Assembly (NCBI RefSeq): GCF_963921235.1
Contig: NC_086097.1
Location: forward strand, 248,126,001 to 248,190,000
Source of the DNA: Mobula hypostoma
Taxonomy: Eukaryota
Direction of reading: 5' to 3'
DNA: 64,000 nucleotides
Below, in pieces: positions 36,690 to 48,892 of the stretch. The translations under genes and the position numbers were made by a program. The notes under the pieces were generated by a model that had not been told where the DNA came from, did no database searches, and saw nothing but the letters and a program-made list of their open reading frames with translations. Every line of letters starts with the position of its first letter. Within the stretch, counting starts at the first letter, position 1.

Positions 36690-38406
36690 CTTTTGTTGAA
36701 TATAAAAGGTTTGATGCAGACAAGTGTGAGATGTTGCTCTTTGGGAGGACAAACCAGGGTATGGCTTACACAGTCAGCGGAAGGGCACTGTAGAACGTGG
36801 TAAAGCAAAGGATTAGGGAATACAGATCCACATTTCATTGGACATGGCATCACAGGTAGATTGGGTCATAAAGAGAGATTCTGAGAGATTTCATCAATCA
36901 AAGTATTGAATGCTGGAGCTGGGATGTTACATTGAAGACGCTTGTGAGGCCTAATTTGGAGTTTTGTGTGCAGTTCTAATCATTTTCCTACAGGAAAGAT
37001 TGAGAATATGCGGGGAAAATTTACAAGGATGTTGTTGGCACTCGAGGACCTGAGTTGTAGGGAAAGTTTGAATAGGCTAGGACTTTTTTCCCTGGAGCAT
37101 AGGGAAATGAGGGGAAATTTGATAAAGAATCAGAGTCAGAATCAGGTTTATTATCACCAGCACATGTCGTGAAATTTGTTAATTTACCAGCAGCAGTTCA
37201 ATGCAATACATAATAAATATAGACAAAAATAAGGAAATCAATTACAGTAAGTATATATATATATATATATATATGTATATTAAATAGTTAAATTAAAAAT
37301 AGTGCAAAAACAGAAATAATGAAAAAGTGAGGTAGTGTTCACAGGTTCAAGGACCATTTAGAAATCGGATGGCAGAGGGGAAGAATCTGTTCTTGAACCG
37401 CTGAGTGTGAGCCTTCAGGCTTCTGTACCTCCTCCTGAGGGTAACAGTGAGAAGAAGGTATGTCCTGGGTGATGGGGTTCCTTAATAATGGTCGCCACCT
37501 TTCTGAAGCACCGCTCTTTAAAGATGTCTTGGATAATATGGAGGTTAGTACCCATGATAGAGCTGACTAATGTTATAACTTTCTGTAGTTTCTTTCAATC
37601 CACTGCAGTAACACTCCCCCCTCCCACAATATCAGCCTGTCAGAATGCTCTCCACGGTACATCTGTAGAAGTCATTGCTTGTTTTAGGTGACAAACCAAA
37701 TCTCCTCAAACTCCTAAGGAAATATATCTGCTGTCATGCATTCTTTTATAGCTGCATTGATATGTTGGGACCAGGTATACTGACGCCCAGGAACTTGAAA
37801 TTGCTCACGCTCTCCACTTCTGATCCTTCCCTGAGGATTGGTTCATGTTCCCTCGTCTTACTCTTCCTGAACTCCAGCTCTTTGGTCTTACTGACATTGA
37901 GTGCCAGGTTGTTGCTGTGACACCACTCAACGAGCTGGTATATCTCACTCCTGTACGCCCTCTCATCTCCATCTGAGATTCTGCCAACAATGGTTGTTTC
38001 ATCAGATGGCATTTGAGCTATACCTAGCCACATGGTCATGGGTATAGAGATATACAAAATTATGAAGGGTATAGAGAGAGTAAATGCCAGCAAGCCTTTT
38101 TCACTGAGTTTGGGTGAGACTAGAACTATTGGTCGTGGGTTAAGGGTGAGAGGTGAAATATTTAAGGGGAGCATGATGGGGAACTCTTTTACTAAGAGGG
38201 TGGAGACTGTGCAGAACAAGCTGCCAGCAGAAGTGGTGAATGTGGGTTTAATTTCAACATTTCAGAGAAATTTGGATGGGTACATGAACTGGAGGGGTAC
38301 GGAGGTCTATGGTCTGAGTGCAGGTCAATGGGACTAGGCAGCATAACATTTTTGGTTTATGGGCTGAAGGGCCTGTTTCTGTGCTGTATTGTTCTATGAC
38401 TCTATG
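36690..38406 (+). mobile_element. CR1 3' part interrupted by an antisense Rex1/Babar LINE (about 37127-38045)
   Basis: CR1 ...MRGNLI|EIYKIMKGIERV is split; the insert carries LNVSKTKEL and FKFLGV on the - strand. Confidence 0.8.
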
Positions 38407-39487
38407 ATGTACCTGAAGGGGTACCTAGGACACAGAGCCTTTGGCTTTGGTGGCACTGGTGCTGTCTATTAAGTCAAAGAAATTAATTATTTCAAGGTCC
38501 CTTGTCCTCTTCTTTTCCAATCCTGATGAATGGTCTTGGCCCAAGACATGGGTGCTTCCCTCTATAGATGCTGCCTGACCTTCTGAGCTCCTCCCGCATC
38601 TTGTGTGTGTTGCTCCAGATTTCCAGCATCTGCAGAATACCTGGTACCTACATGTTTTTGCTGTTCTTTAAATACTTTTGCCTCGTTCCATTTGGAGTCA
38701 GCACAGCAGTGCAGTGGTTAGCACAACTGGTTTTCAGCACTAACAGCGATCAACAATTGGAGTTCAATTCCCACCACTCCCTGTCAGAGGTTTCTACCAT
38801 CCCTCCTGACCATGCGGGTTGTCCAGTTTCTTCTCACGTTCCAAAGACATACCGGTTAGAGTTAGTGAGCTATCCATCTGCTATGTTGGTGCCAAAATTG
38901 TGGCAACGCTTGTGGACTGCCCCCAGCACGATTGATGCTGATATGATTTGACACAAGTGACACAATTTAATTCGATTCAATTTTAATTGTCATTCAACCA
39001 TTCATGAATACCCATGAATACAGCCAAACAACACAGCAATACTCTGGGGCCAAGGTGCGACACATCGCACAGATAGTAAAGCACGCATACCATATACAAG
39101 ATAGCAAGCACATGTAAGGTATTAGGAAAGTACAGCCATGCAAACAAAATATTCCAGACCCTGAACCCATGAATGCTCCAGAAATCTGTAGCTGATTTGT
39201 CTTCTGCCAGGCAAACACTGGAGGGATGTGGGGTAGCGCTCCAGCCTGAACGCCGTGCTACTCCAGCCCCAATGAAGCACACCGGCTTCGACGCCTCTCT
39301 CCTGACAGCTGTAAAACAGGCAACACTGCAGTTTGAGGCCTAGCCCTTGCTATGACCAAGACCATACGACTCCACTACAGTCCACCCCTGCTGTCTGCCG
39401 ATAGATCAGTGAATCGGACTGGCAGCATTCACATCAACAATGCCCGAAAGGTTCTTGCGATCACAAGAACAACTACTAAGATGGTCA

Positions 39488-40057
39488 AGCGACTCACATC
39501 AAAGTTGCTGGTGAACGCAGCAGGCCAGGCAGCATCTCTAGGAAGAGGTACGGTTGACGTTTCGGGTCAAGACCCTTCGTCAGGACTAACTGAAAGAAGA
39601 GCTAGTAAGAGATTTGAAAGTGGGAGGGGGAGGGGGAGATCCAAAATGATAGGAGAAGACAGGAGGGGGAGGGATGGAGCCAAGAGCTGGACAGGTGATT
39701 GGCAAAAGGGATATGAGAGGATCATGGGACAGGAGGCCTAGGGAGAAGGAAAAGGAGGAGGGGAGGAAGCTCAGAGGATAGGCAAGGGGTATAGTCAGAA
39801 GAACAGAGGGAGAAAAAGGAGAGAGAGAAAAAAAAATCATAATAATAATAAATAAATAACTGATGGGGTACAAAGGGGAGGTGGGGCATTAACAGAAGTT
39901 TGAGAAGTCAATGTTCATGTCATCAGGTTGGAGGCTACCCAGACGGAATATAAGGTGTTGTTCCTCCAAATTGAGTGTGGCTTCATCTTGACAGTAGAGG
40001 AGGCCGTGGATAGACATGTCAGAATTGGAATGGGACGTGGAATTAAAATGTGTGGCC
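39488..40057 (-). mobile_element. Penelope-like element, 5'-truncated within the GIY-YIG domain
   Basis: VATHFNSTSHSNSDMSIHGLLYCQDEATLNLEEQHLIFRLGSLQPDDMNIDFSNFC* plus pLTR; TSD actaagatggtca (39475-39487; 40058-40070 and 40071-40083). Confidence 0.9.
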
Positions 40058-41813
40058 ACTAAGATGGTCAACTAAGATGGTCATTTGCTATTAGAGTGCA
40101 CGCTTCCTTTGCCCACCGATTCTTCTGACTCAAGCAGCATAATCCGCACATAGTCCAGCTCCGATAAAATATATGTTTAAAAAGGACAGTAGCACCTTTA
40201 TTTGACCCTGTAGAAGCCACTGCTATTAAACGTGCTGCCATCTCACCAGAAATCCCCAGCCATCTTACTGAAAAATCCCCTGCCATTTTCACTGTATGTT
40301 TTGATGTATATGTGACAAATAAAGCTATTCTCTAATCTTTTTTAGCTTAAAAAAAACCTCTTTCTTCGCTCTCTGAGTGTTGTCATTGTTAGAATGAGGT
40401 ATGACCTCTGTTGTTATGACAATGCACGAATCAATTTGTTTCTGGAGTTCCGCAGAGCACGGCCAGGTGCCAGCCGTACTTGGTGGAGATTCTGTACCTC
40501 ATTCATTTACCTCATTATTTGGGGCTTTCAGCCCACGTTGCAGAATTAGTTTGGATTAGACAGGTACTGGAGTCTGCTTCCTGGCACAGCTGCACTTTTC
40601 TAAAGTGCTCTTCCTCTGATGTTTGGCACAGGATCTGAAAAAAATGTTCCAAAGATATATCCTGTATTTTAGCTCACCAGCAGCTCACATCATACTTTCA
40701 GGAAAGCATTCACGCCTCCAATGTGTATTCTGGTGAAGGTAGGGCAACCTACTCACCTAGTCCAAACAGGACAAAACATAGAAAATTGAAGAACACAGCA
40801 TCGACCAGGCCTTTCAGCTCAAGATGTTGTGCCAGCTTTTAACCTACTCCAAGATCAATCTAACCCTTCCCTCCTAAATAGCCCAACATTTTTCTTTCAT
40901 CCAAGTGCTTACCTTAGAGTCTCTTAAATGTCCCTAATGTATCTGCCTCTACCACCACCCCGGCAGTGCATTCCACCACTCTCTGTGTAAAAAAATATAC
41001 CACTGACAACACCCCCACTATACTTCATTCACCACCCCCCCACAGACCAGAGTTTTCCACCCTAGGAAAAAGGCTCAGGCTGTCCACTCAGTGTGTCTTC
41101 TTGAACACCATCCTCATCCCCCTTCACTCCAAAGAGAACAGCCTGTCATTGTCATAGAGTTATACAGAACTACAGCGCAGAAACAGGCCCTTCGGCCCAT
41201 CTAGTCCGTGCCATTTAAACTGCCTATTCCCATCGACCCGCACCGGGACCATAGCCCTCCTTACCCCTACGATCCATGTACCCATGCAAACATCTCTTAA
41301 ATGTTGAAATCCAGCTCCCATGCACCACTTGTGCTGGCAGCTCGTTCCACACTCTCACCACCCTCTGAGTGATGAAGTTGCCCCTCATGTTCCCCTTAAA
41401 CTTTTCACCTTTCACCCTTAATCCATGACCTCTGGTTGTAGTCCCACCCAACCTTGGTGCTTGCATGTTCTCATAAGACATGTTCTTCTAGTCCAGACAG
41501 CATCCTGATAAATCTTCTCGATGCATTCTCTAAACCTTCAAGAAGTTTCAGTTCGATGCCGGAATTAGCGATCCATTCAGTAAACTCAGGTGAGGCAGTG
41601 TAAGTGGTTGTCATCAAAGGGCCGGAGTCCAATATTTGGGCATTGATGTGATTTGGGTGGTCACAGTTAACGTTTGAATGTTCTTTACTTCCTGCTGGTG
41701 GAGTAGCTCGCCACATCTTCCTGACCTCTTCTGGCAGAGCTTACACAGTCATTCCTCGTGTTCTGGTAGGAAATGAGGGGTTTTCTTTAGATGTATTAGG
41801 GAAAAGACTGGGG

Positions 41814-42119
41814 TATCACAGTGTGCGATGACAGACGACTGGACCCAGGTGTGCAAGGATGAACATGTAGAGACAGAAATATTCACAGGAATTCTAGCAG
41901 AACATCAGTGGCTTGACTGAGCGTAACTGCAAGCTGAATCATTCTCGAGAAAGAAGGATCTCACAATCAGCACTAATCGGGAGCACACTTTAAATAATCA
42001 CAGTACGCAGAAAATCTGTGCAAGTCAAAATAAACTTGACAAGATTAAACAGAAAGTATGAGGGCTTAATGACTCTAGATAAGACAATTAACAAATACAG
42101 ACCTGCTGGGCTCATGACA
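41814..42119. mobile_element. Possible degenerate solo LTR
   Basis: TATCAC...ATGACA ends with flanks gggg/cggg; imperfect. Confidence 0.35.
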
Positions 42120-42769
42120 CGGGCTCTATGGTCTAATATTCTCGAAGAAGGATGTTTTCCCTGCAGCCATCAAGAAGTCCGATGCTGGTCTCTATGATCC
42201 AGAGTTGGAAAAGTCTTTCTACAATTCCATATCTCAGCAAAACATCACTTTATCTCCAGCCACTCTCTCTTTAGCCAGAGGTTGGTGAATCTGTGGAATT
42301 TGATGGCACAGGCACCTGTGGAGGCCAAGTTATTGGGCATAGTTAAAGCAGAGGTTGATAGATTCTTGATTAGTTGGGGCATGAAGGGTTCTGGGGAGAA
42401 GCCAGGAGATTGGGGCTGAGAGGGAAATGGATCAGCCATGAGGAAATGGCAGAGCAGATTTGATAGGCCAAATGGCCTAATTTTGCTCTTATATCTTATT
42501 TTTTATTTTTTATTTTATAATTTCATTGAAGTAGAGTGCAGAATAGACCCTTCCAGCCCTTCCACCAGTAATCCCCTTATTTAATGCCAGGCATTGGAGA
42601 GGGTTCAGAGGAGGTTCACAGGGATGATTCCGGGAATGTAAGGGTTATCATACGATGAACGTTTGATGGCTCTGGGTCTGTACTCGCTGGAATTTTGAAG
42701 TATGATGGGGGGGATCTCATTGAAATCTTTTGAATGTTGAAAGGCCTAGACAGAGTAGATGTGGAAATG

Positions 42770-45700
42770 ACATAGGAAGGAAAAGCAAAGAGGTCCTGAA
42801 AAGAGACTTTAGAGAACTAGGTAGAAAGCTGAGAAACAGGACCACCAGGATAGTAATTTCTGGATTGCTACCAGTGCCACATGCCAGTGAGGGTAGAAAC
42901 AGGGTGATTTGGCAGGTTAATGCGTGGCTGAGAAGCTAGTGCAGGGGGCAGGGCTTCAGGTTCTTGGATAATTGGGATCTCTTCTGGGGGAGGTATGACC
43001 TAAGACCCGAGGGGGACCAATATTTGAGTGGGCAGGTTTGTTAGAGCTGTTGGGGAGCATTTAAACTAATTTGGCAGGGCAGAGAGAACTGGAATGAAGG
43101 GACTCAGGATAGGATGGATGGTAAAAAAACAACAATAGCATGCAGTCAGACTGACAGGAAGGGTAGGCAATGATACTCGAGCAACACACATCAAAGTTGC
43201 TGGTGATACTCGAGAGTGAGTTTGTTGAATGCCTATGAGGTGGAGTTCTAGTACAGTTTGTCATTGAGCCTACTAGGGGATCAGCTATACTGTGCTGGGT
43301 TTTATGTAATGAACTGGATGTGATTAGGGAGCTAAAGGTGAGAGAATCCTTAGGAGGTAGTGATCACAATATGATTGAGTTCAACTTGAAATTTGATAGA
43401 GAGGTATTAAAGTCTGACATAGAAATATTTCAGTGGAGAAAAGGAAATTACAGTGGTATGAGCAAGGAGCTAGCCAAAGTAAATTGGAAGGAGATGCTGG
43501 CAGGGGTGACAGCAGAGCTGCAACGGTGTGAAGTTTCGGGGAAAATGAGGAAGGTGCAGGATAAATGTATTCCAAAAACAAAGAAATACTTAAATGACAA
43601 AAAAGTACAATCGCGGCTGACAAGGGAAGTCAAAGCTAATGTAAAAGCAAAAGAAAGTGTACATGCCAAAGCAAAAATTAGTGGGAAGACAGAGGATTGG
43701 GAAGCTTTTAAAACCCAACAGAGAGCAACTAAAACAGACATTAGGAGGGAAAAGATTAAATATGAAAGAAAGCTAACAAATAATATTAAAGTGGATAGTA
43801 AAAGCTTTTTCAAGTATGTAAAAAAAAAGGAGAGATGAGCATGGATATAGGACTGCTAGAAAATGAGACCGGAAAAATAATAATGTGGGCCAAGGAGACG
43901 GCAGATGAACTAAATGAGTATTTTGCATCAGTTTTCACTGTGGAAGACATTGGCAGTGTGCCAGATGCTGAAGGGTGTGAGGGAAGAGAAATGGGTGCAG
44001 TTAGTTACAAGAGAGAGGGTACTCAAAAAGCTGAAATACCTAAAGATACATAAGTCACATAGACCAGATTAACTGCACCCTAGGGTGCTGAAAGAGGTGT
44101 GGTAGAGATTGTAGAGACATTAGCAATGATAGTTCAAAAATCATTGGACTTTGAAAAATTGCAAATGTCACTCCATTGTTTGAGAAAGGAGGAAGGCAGC
44201 AGAAAGGAAATTATAGACCAGTGAGCCTGACCTCAGTAGTTGGGAAGATGTTGGAGTCATTTGTTAAGGACGAGGTTATGGAGCACTTGGTGACACAGGA
44301 CAAGACAGGACAAAGTCAGTGTGATAATTTCTATTTTAAGAAAGGCACACTCGACAACTTCATGCCAAAGAAACAACTTTATCTCGAACTTCAAAACGTT
44401 AAGTATATACAGAGGGTTTCACAGCCCGTACAGCATGGCGGGGACACTATGTATTGAGGGCCACCGGAAGAACAAAAACGGAAGTAGACCCCCCACCCCC
44501 AATATCCTAATTAGTATTAACTTACTTTTAATTACGCTGACATTACAACAGTCAGTATGGCTTCTTAAGGGAAAATCTTACCTGACAAACCTGTTGGAAT
44601 TCTTTGAGGAGATTATACTTACGATAGATAAAGGTGATTCAGTGGATGTTGTATATTTGGACTTTCAGAAGGCCTTTGACAAGTTGCCACAAATGAGATT
44701 GCTTAACAAGTTAAGAGTCCATGGTATTACAGGAAAGTTACTGGCATGGTTAGAGCATTGGCCTACTGGTAAGAGGCAGTGTGTGGGAATAAAAGGATCC
44801 TTTTCTGGTTGGCTGCCAGGGACTAGTGGTGTTCCACAGGGGTCAGTGATGGGTCTGCTTTTTATGCTGTATATCAATAATTTAGATGATGGAATTAATG
44901 GCTTTGTTGCCAAGTTTTGCAGATAATATATGAAGATTGGTGGAGGGGCAGGTAGTGTTGAGGAAAGTAGTAGGCTGCAGGAGGACTTAGACAGATTAGG
45001 TAAATGGGCAAGAAAGTGGCAAATGAAATGCGGTGTTGGAAAATGCATGGTCACGTCCTTTGGTAATAGAAATAAATGTGTGGACTGTTTTCTAAATGGG
45101 GAGAAAATCCAAAAATCTGTGATGCAAAGGGACTTGGGAGTCCTTGTGCAGAACACCCAAAAGGTTAACTTGCAGGTTGAGTTGGTCGTGAGGAAGGCAA
45201 ATGCAATGTTCGCATTCATTTCAAGAGGTCTAGAATACAAGAGCAGGGATGTGATGCTGAGGCTTTATAGGGCACTGTGAGGCCTCACCTTGAGTATTGT
45301 GAAGAGTTTTGGGCTTCTCATCTAAGCAAAGATGTGCTGGCATTGGAGACAGTCCAGAGGGGGTTCATAAGGATGATTCTGGGAATGAAAGGGTTATCAT
45401 ACGAGGGCTCTGGGTCTGTATGAGCTGGAATTCAGAAGGATAAGGGGGGATCTCATTGAAAGTTTTCGAATGTTAAAAGGCCTGGACAGAATCGATGTGG
45501 AAAGGCTGTTTCCCATGGTGGGGAAGTCTAGGACAAGAGGACTGCTTCAGGATAGAGGGGCATCAATTTAATACAGAGATGCTGAGAGATTTCTTTAGCC
45601 AGAGGGTGGTGAACTTGTGGAATTCATTACCACAGGCATCTGTGGAGGCTAGGTTGGTGGGTGTATTTAAGGCAGAGCTTGATAGGTTCTCGATTGGACA

Positions 45701-45833
45701 CGGCATCAAAGGTTATGGGGGAGAAGTCCAGGGAGTGGGGCTGAGGAGGGGAAAAAAGGATCAGCCTTGATTGAATAGTGGAACAGACTTGATGGGCCAA
45801 ATGGCCTAATTCTGCTCCTATGTCTTATGGTCT
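42770..45833 (+). mobile_element. CR1 LINE (end of ORF1, partial endonuclease, RT, 3' tail) with nested insertions
   Basis: RIVISGLLPVP (ORF1), [45 protein letters not shown]. Confidence 0.9.
44320..44550 (-). mobile_element. Solo LTR (231 bp) inserted in CR1
   Basis: TG...CA termini (tgtgataat / attacaaca), 5-bp TSD gtcag (44315-44319, 44551-44555); interrupts the CR1 SQ(Y)GF motif. Strand is inferred from an AGATAAAG on the - strand. Confidence 0.8.
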
Positions 45834-45842
45834 AATCATGGT

Positions 45843-46032
45843 CAATAACCAATGACCAACTAATCTACCAACCAGTACGTCTTTGGACTATGGGAGGAAA
45901 CTGGAGCACCCAGAGCAAACCCACGTGATCACGGGGAGAACATACAGACTCCTTATAGGCAGTGGCAGGAATTAAACGCAGGTCGGCTGAACTGTAAAGC
46001 ATTGTGCTAATCATACGCTACCATGCTGCCCC
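45843..46032 (-). mobile_element. HE1/V-type tRNA SINE, partial
   Basis: Complement of ...tgttctccccgtgatcacgtgggtttgctctgggtgctccagtttcctccca (V-domain-like). Confidence 0.75.
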
Positions 46033-46579
46033 ATCTTATGACCTTTATTAATATATTCACTTTAAAATTATAGTCAATGTGATCATGCCGTCTTCCAAAG
46101 GTTGATTTAAATTTAAAATCAGTATGTGGAGGCGTTAAATTATTACCAGAAAATGCTGGTGTTTCCCAAAGTTATTTCAAGGTTTTGATTAATTAGATAA
46201 TAGACTTTGAAGACAATTTGGCCTATTTATTCACCTACAATTATTTGTAATTGTCAATTAAATGTTTTTGGAACAATTTGCTATAGTTTGTTATTGACTT
46301 CCATGGTTACACATCACAAGCTCACTTGTTATGACGCAAGCGGTTTTCTGATACCTGACTAGAGAAAGGATAACTTGACCTTGTACAACTCTATATTTTG
46401 AATTCTTAAACCTTTAATTAAATCAATCAGAATGATTCAGACTTCATATAATTCTATTTTGCACTAGCATGCAATTTGTCAATAACAGTAAAGGAATTTT
46501 CAAATTACTTCATCCTTGACCTCTCAGTTCTAGGGCTTTTTGTTTGAAGCATCTGTATTTCCTAATTTAGGGGCACACT

Positions 46580-47003
46580 CTCTTTCTGTCCATTACACCA
46601 CTGACATTTGAGGCAGCAATGAATGTCCTCCATCTCTGGCGATGTTCAGGGCTTCCTTCATCGTGTCTGTAGCCTCCTCTCTGTTTTCACTACTGTCAGT
46701 CATGCAAGTCCTGGGTGGAGACTCAGGAATACCGTCGGACTCGGATGTGGAAGGATTCTTCATTGCTGTTTCCGTGACAATTTTGTTTTACCAGTTAGCG
46801 TTGTTAGACCTGAGCTGAACCCCTGAACCTGGAGGAACGGTAGACCACTATTAGTCTGACCTCTACCCTTTGACCTGTTTGGCATGTGTGACCCTAGCAG
46901 TAGTCAAGGCATAAAGCCCTGACTCCAGCCAGCAGAGCTCCTCTGGGGCTTTAAGGAATGCAAGCCTCCAAATCCCATGACAAGGTTGTGATCCTCTTGG
47001 AGG
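46580..47003 (-). mobile_element. RTE-related non-autonomous retroposon; second copy at about 49830-50283
   Basis: The two copies are clearly homologous (e.g. ggagactcaggaatacc, ctctaccctttgacct). The RTE assignment is inferred from the end sequences. Confidence 0.55.
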
Positions 47004-47084
47004 CATAAATAGACATTTAATATTTTGAAGACATCCTCAATAGTGGAGAGGCTGGTGACCATGATGGAGCTGGATAAGTTTACA

Positions 47085-48075
47085 AAGTGTGGTTGTAGAC
47101 AGGTCATATTCTGCATGAAGGTCGGTGACCAGTGGTGTGTCTCAGGGATCTGTTCAGGGACCCTCTACTCTTCATGATATTTATAAATGACCTGGATGAG
47201 GAAATGGAGGGATGGGTTATTAAATTTGCTGATGACACAAAGGTTGGGGGTGTTGTGGATAGTGTGAAGGGCTGTCACAGGTTACAGTGGGACATTGATA
47301 GGATGCAAAACTGGGCTGAGTAGTGGCAGATGGAGTTTAACCCAAATAAGTGTGAAGCGGTTGAATTTGGTAGGTCAAATATGATGGCAGGATATAGTAT
47401 TAATGTTAAGACTCTTGGCAGCGTGGAGGATCAGAGGGATATATAAGAACATACATAAGAAATAGAAGCAGGAGTAGGCCATCCGGCCCATCGAGCCTGC
47501 CCCGCCATTCAATAAGATCATGTCTGTAAACTCAGCTCCATCTACCTGCCTTTTCTCCGTAACCCTTAATTCCATGACTCTTGAGGCAATGTCCCCTTGT
47601 TCTAGTCTCACCTACCAATGGAAACAACTTTCCTATTGTATCTTTTCTATCCCTTTCAAAATTTTGTATGTTTCTGTAAGATCCCTCTCATTCTTCTGGA
47701 TTCTAGAGAGTATAGTCCCAGGCGACTCAACCTCTCGTCATAGGTTAACCCCTTCATACCTGGAATCAACCTGATGAACCTCCCCTGCACTGCCTCCAAA
47801 GCCAGTATATTCTTCCTCAAGTATGGAGACCAGAACTGAACACAGTACTCCAGGTGCGGCCTCACCAGTACCCTGTATAGTTGCAGCATGACCTCCCTGC
47901 TCTTGAATTCAATCCCTCTAGCAATGAAGGCTAACATTCCATTTGCCTTCTTAATAATCTGTTGTACCTGCAAGCCAACTTTTTGTGATTCATGAACAAG
48001 CACTCCCAAGTCCCTCTGCACAACAGCATGCTGCAATCTTTCACCATTTAAATAATAATCTGCTGTTCTATTATT
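47085..48075. mobile_element. CR1 RT fragment (+, 47085-47440) and CR1 3' end (-, 47445-48075)
   Basis: IKFADDTKVGG on +; LVRPHLEYCVQFWSPYLRK on -. Confidence 0.85.
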
Positions 48076-48489
48076 CCATGGGGGGGTGTGGTTGATGTCT
48101 TTTTTTTTCTGAATGGCTTCCATGGTTTTCTTTCTTTCATGGCTGTCTGGAGAAGACAACTCTCCGAGTTGTATACTGCATACATTCTTTGTTAATACAT
48201 GTACCTTGAACCTTGTTGCCATCTATGCTTTTTTATTTGCACGATTTGTCTTCTTTTGCTCATAGGCTGTTCGTTAGTTTTTATTTATGTATTCATTCGT
48301 CCGTTATGTGCCATGTTGTATGATAAGGGGGATTGTGGTCTTTCGATGAGCATGATTGTTCTTGGCAAAGTTTTCTACAGAAGTGGTTTGCCATTGCCTT
48401 CTTCTGAGCAGTGTCTTTACGGGACAGATGATCCCAGTCTTCAGAGATTGTCTGCCTGGCGTCAGTGGTCACATAACCACGACTTGTGA

Positions 48490-48892
48490 TATAGAAACAT
48501 AGAAACATAGAAAATAGGTGCAGGAGTAGGCCATTCGGCCCTTCGAGCCTGCACCGCCATTTATTATGATCATGGCTGATCATCCAACTCAGAACCCCGC
48601 CCCAGCCTTCCCTCCATACCCCCTGACCCCTGTAGCCACAAGGGCCATTTCTAACTCCCTCTTAAATATAGCCAATGAACTGGCCTCAACAGTTTGCTGT
48701 GGCAGAGAATTCCACAGATTCACCACTCTCTGTGTGAAGAAGTTTTTCCTAATCTTGGTCCTAAAAGGCTTCCCCTCTATCCTCAAACTGTGACCCCTCG
48801 TTCTGGACTTCCCCAACATCGGGAACAATCTTCCTGCATCTAGCCTGTCCAATCCCTTTAGGATCTTATACGTTTCAATCAGATCCCCCCTC
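48490..48892 (-). mobile_element. CR1 3' end inserted in an RTE-related retroposon
   Basis: GDLIETYKILKGLDRLDAGRLFP...NFFTQRVVNLWNSLP; (TTTCTATG)n tail; host gacttgtgat|atgcaccagc rejoins. Confidence 0.88.
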
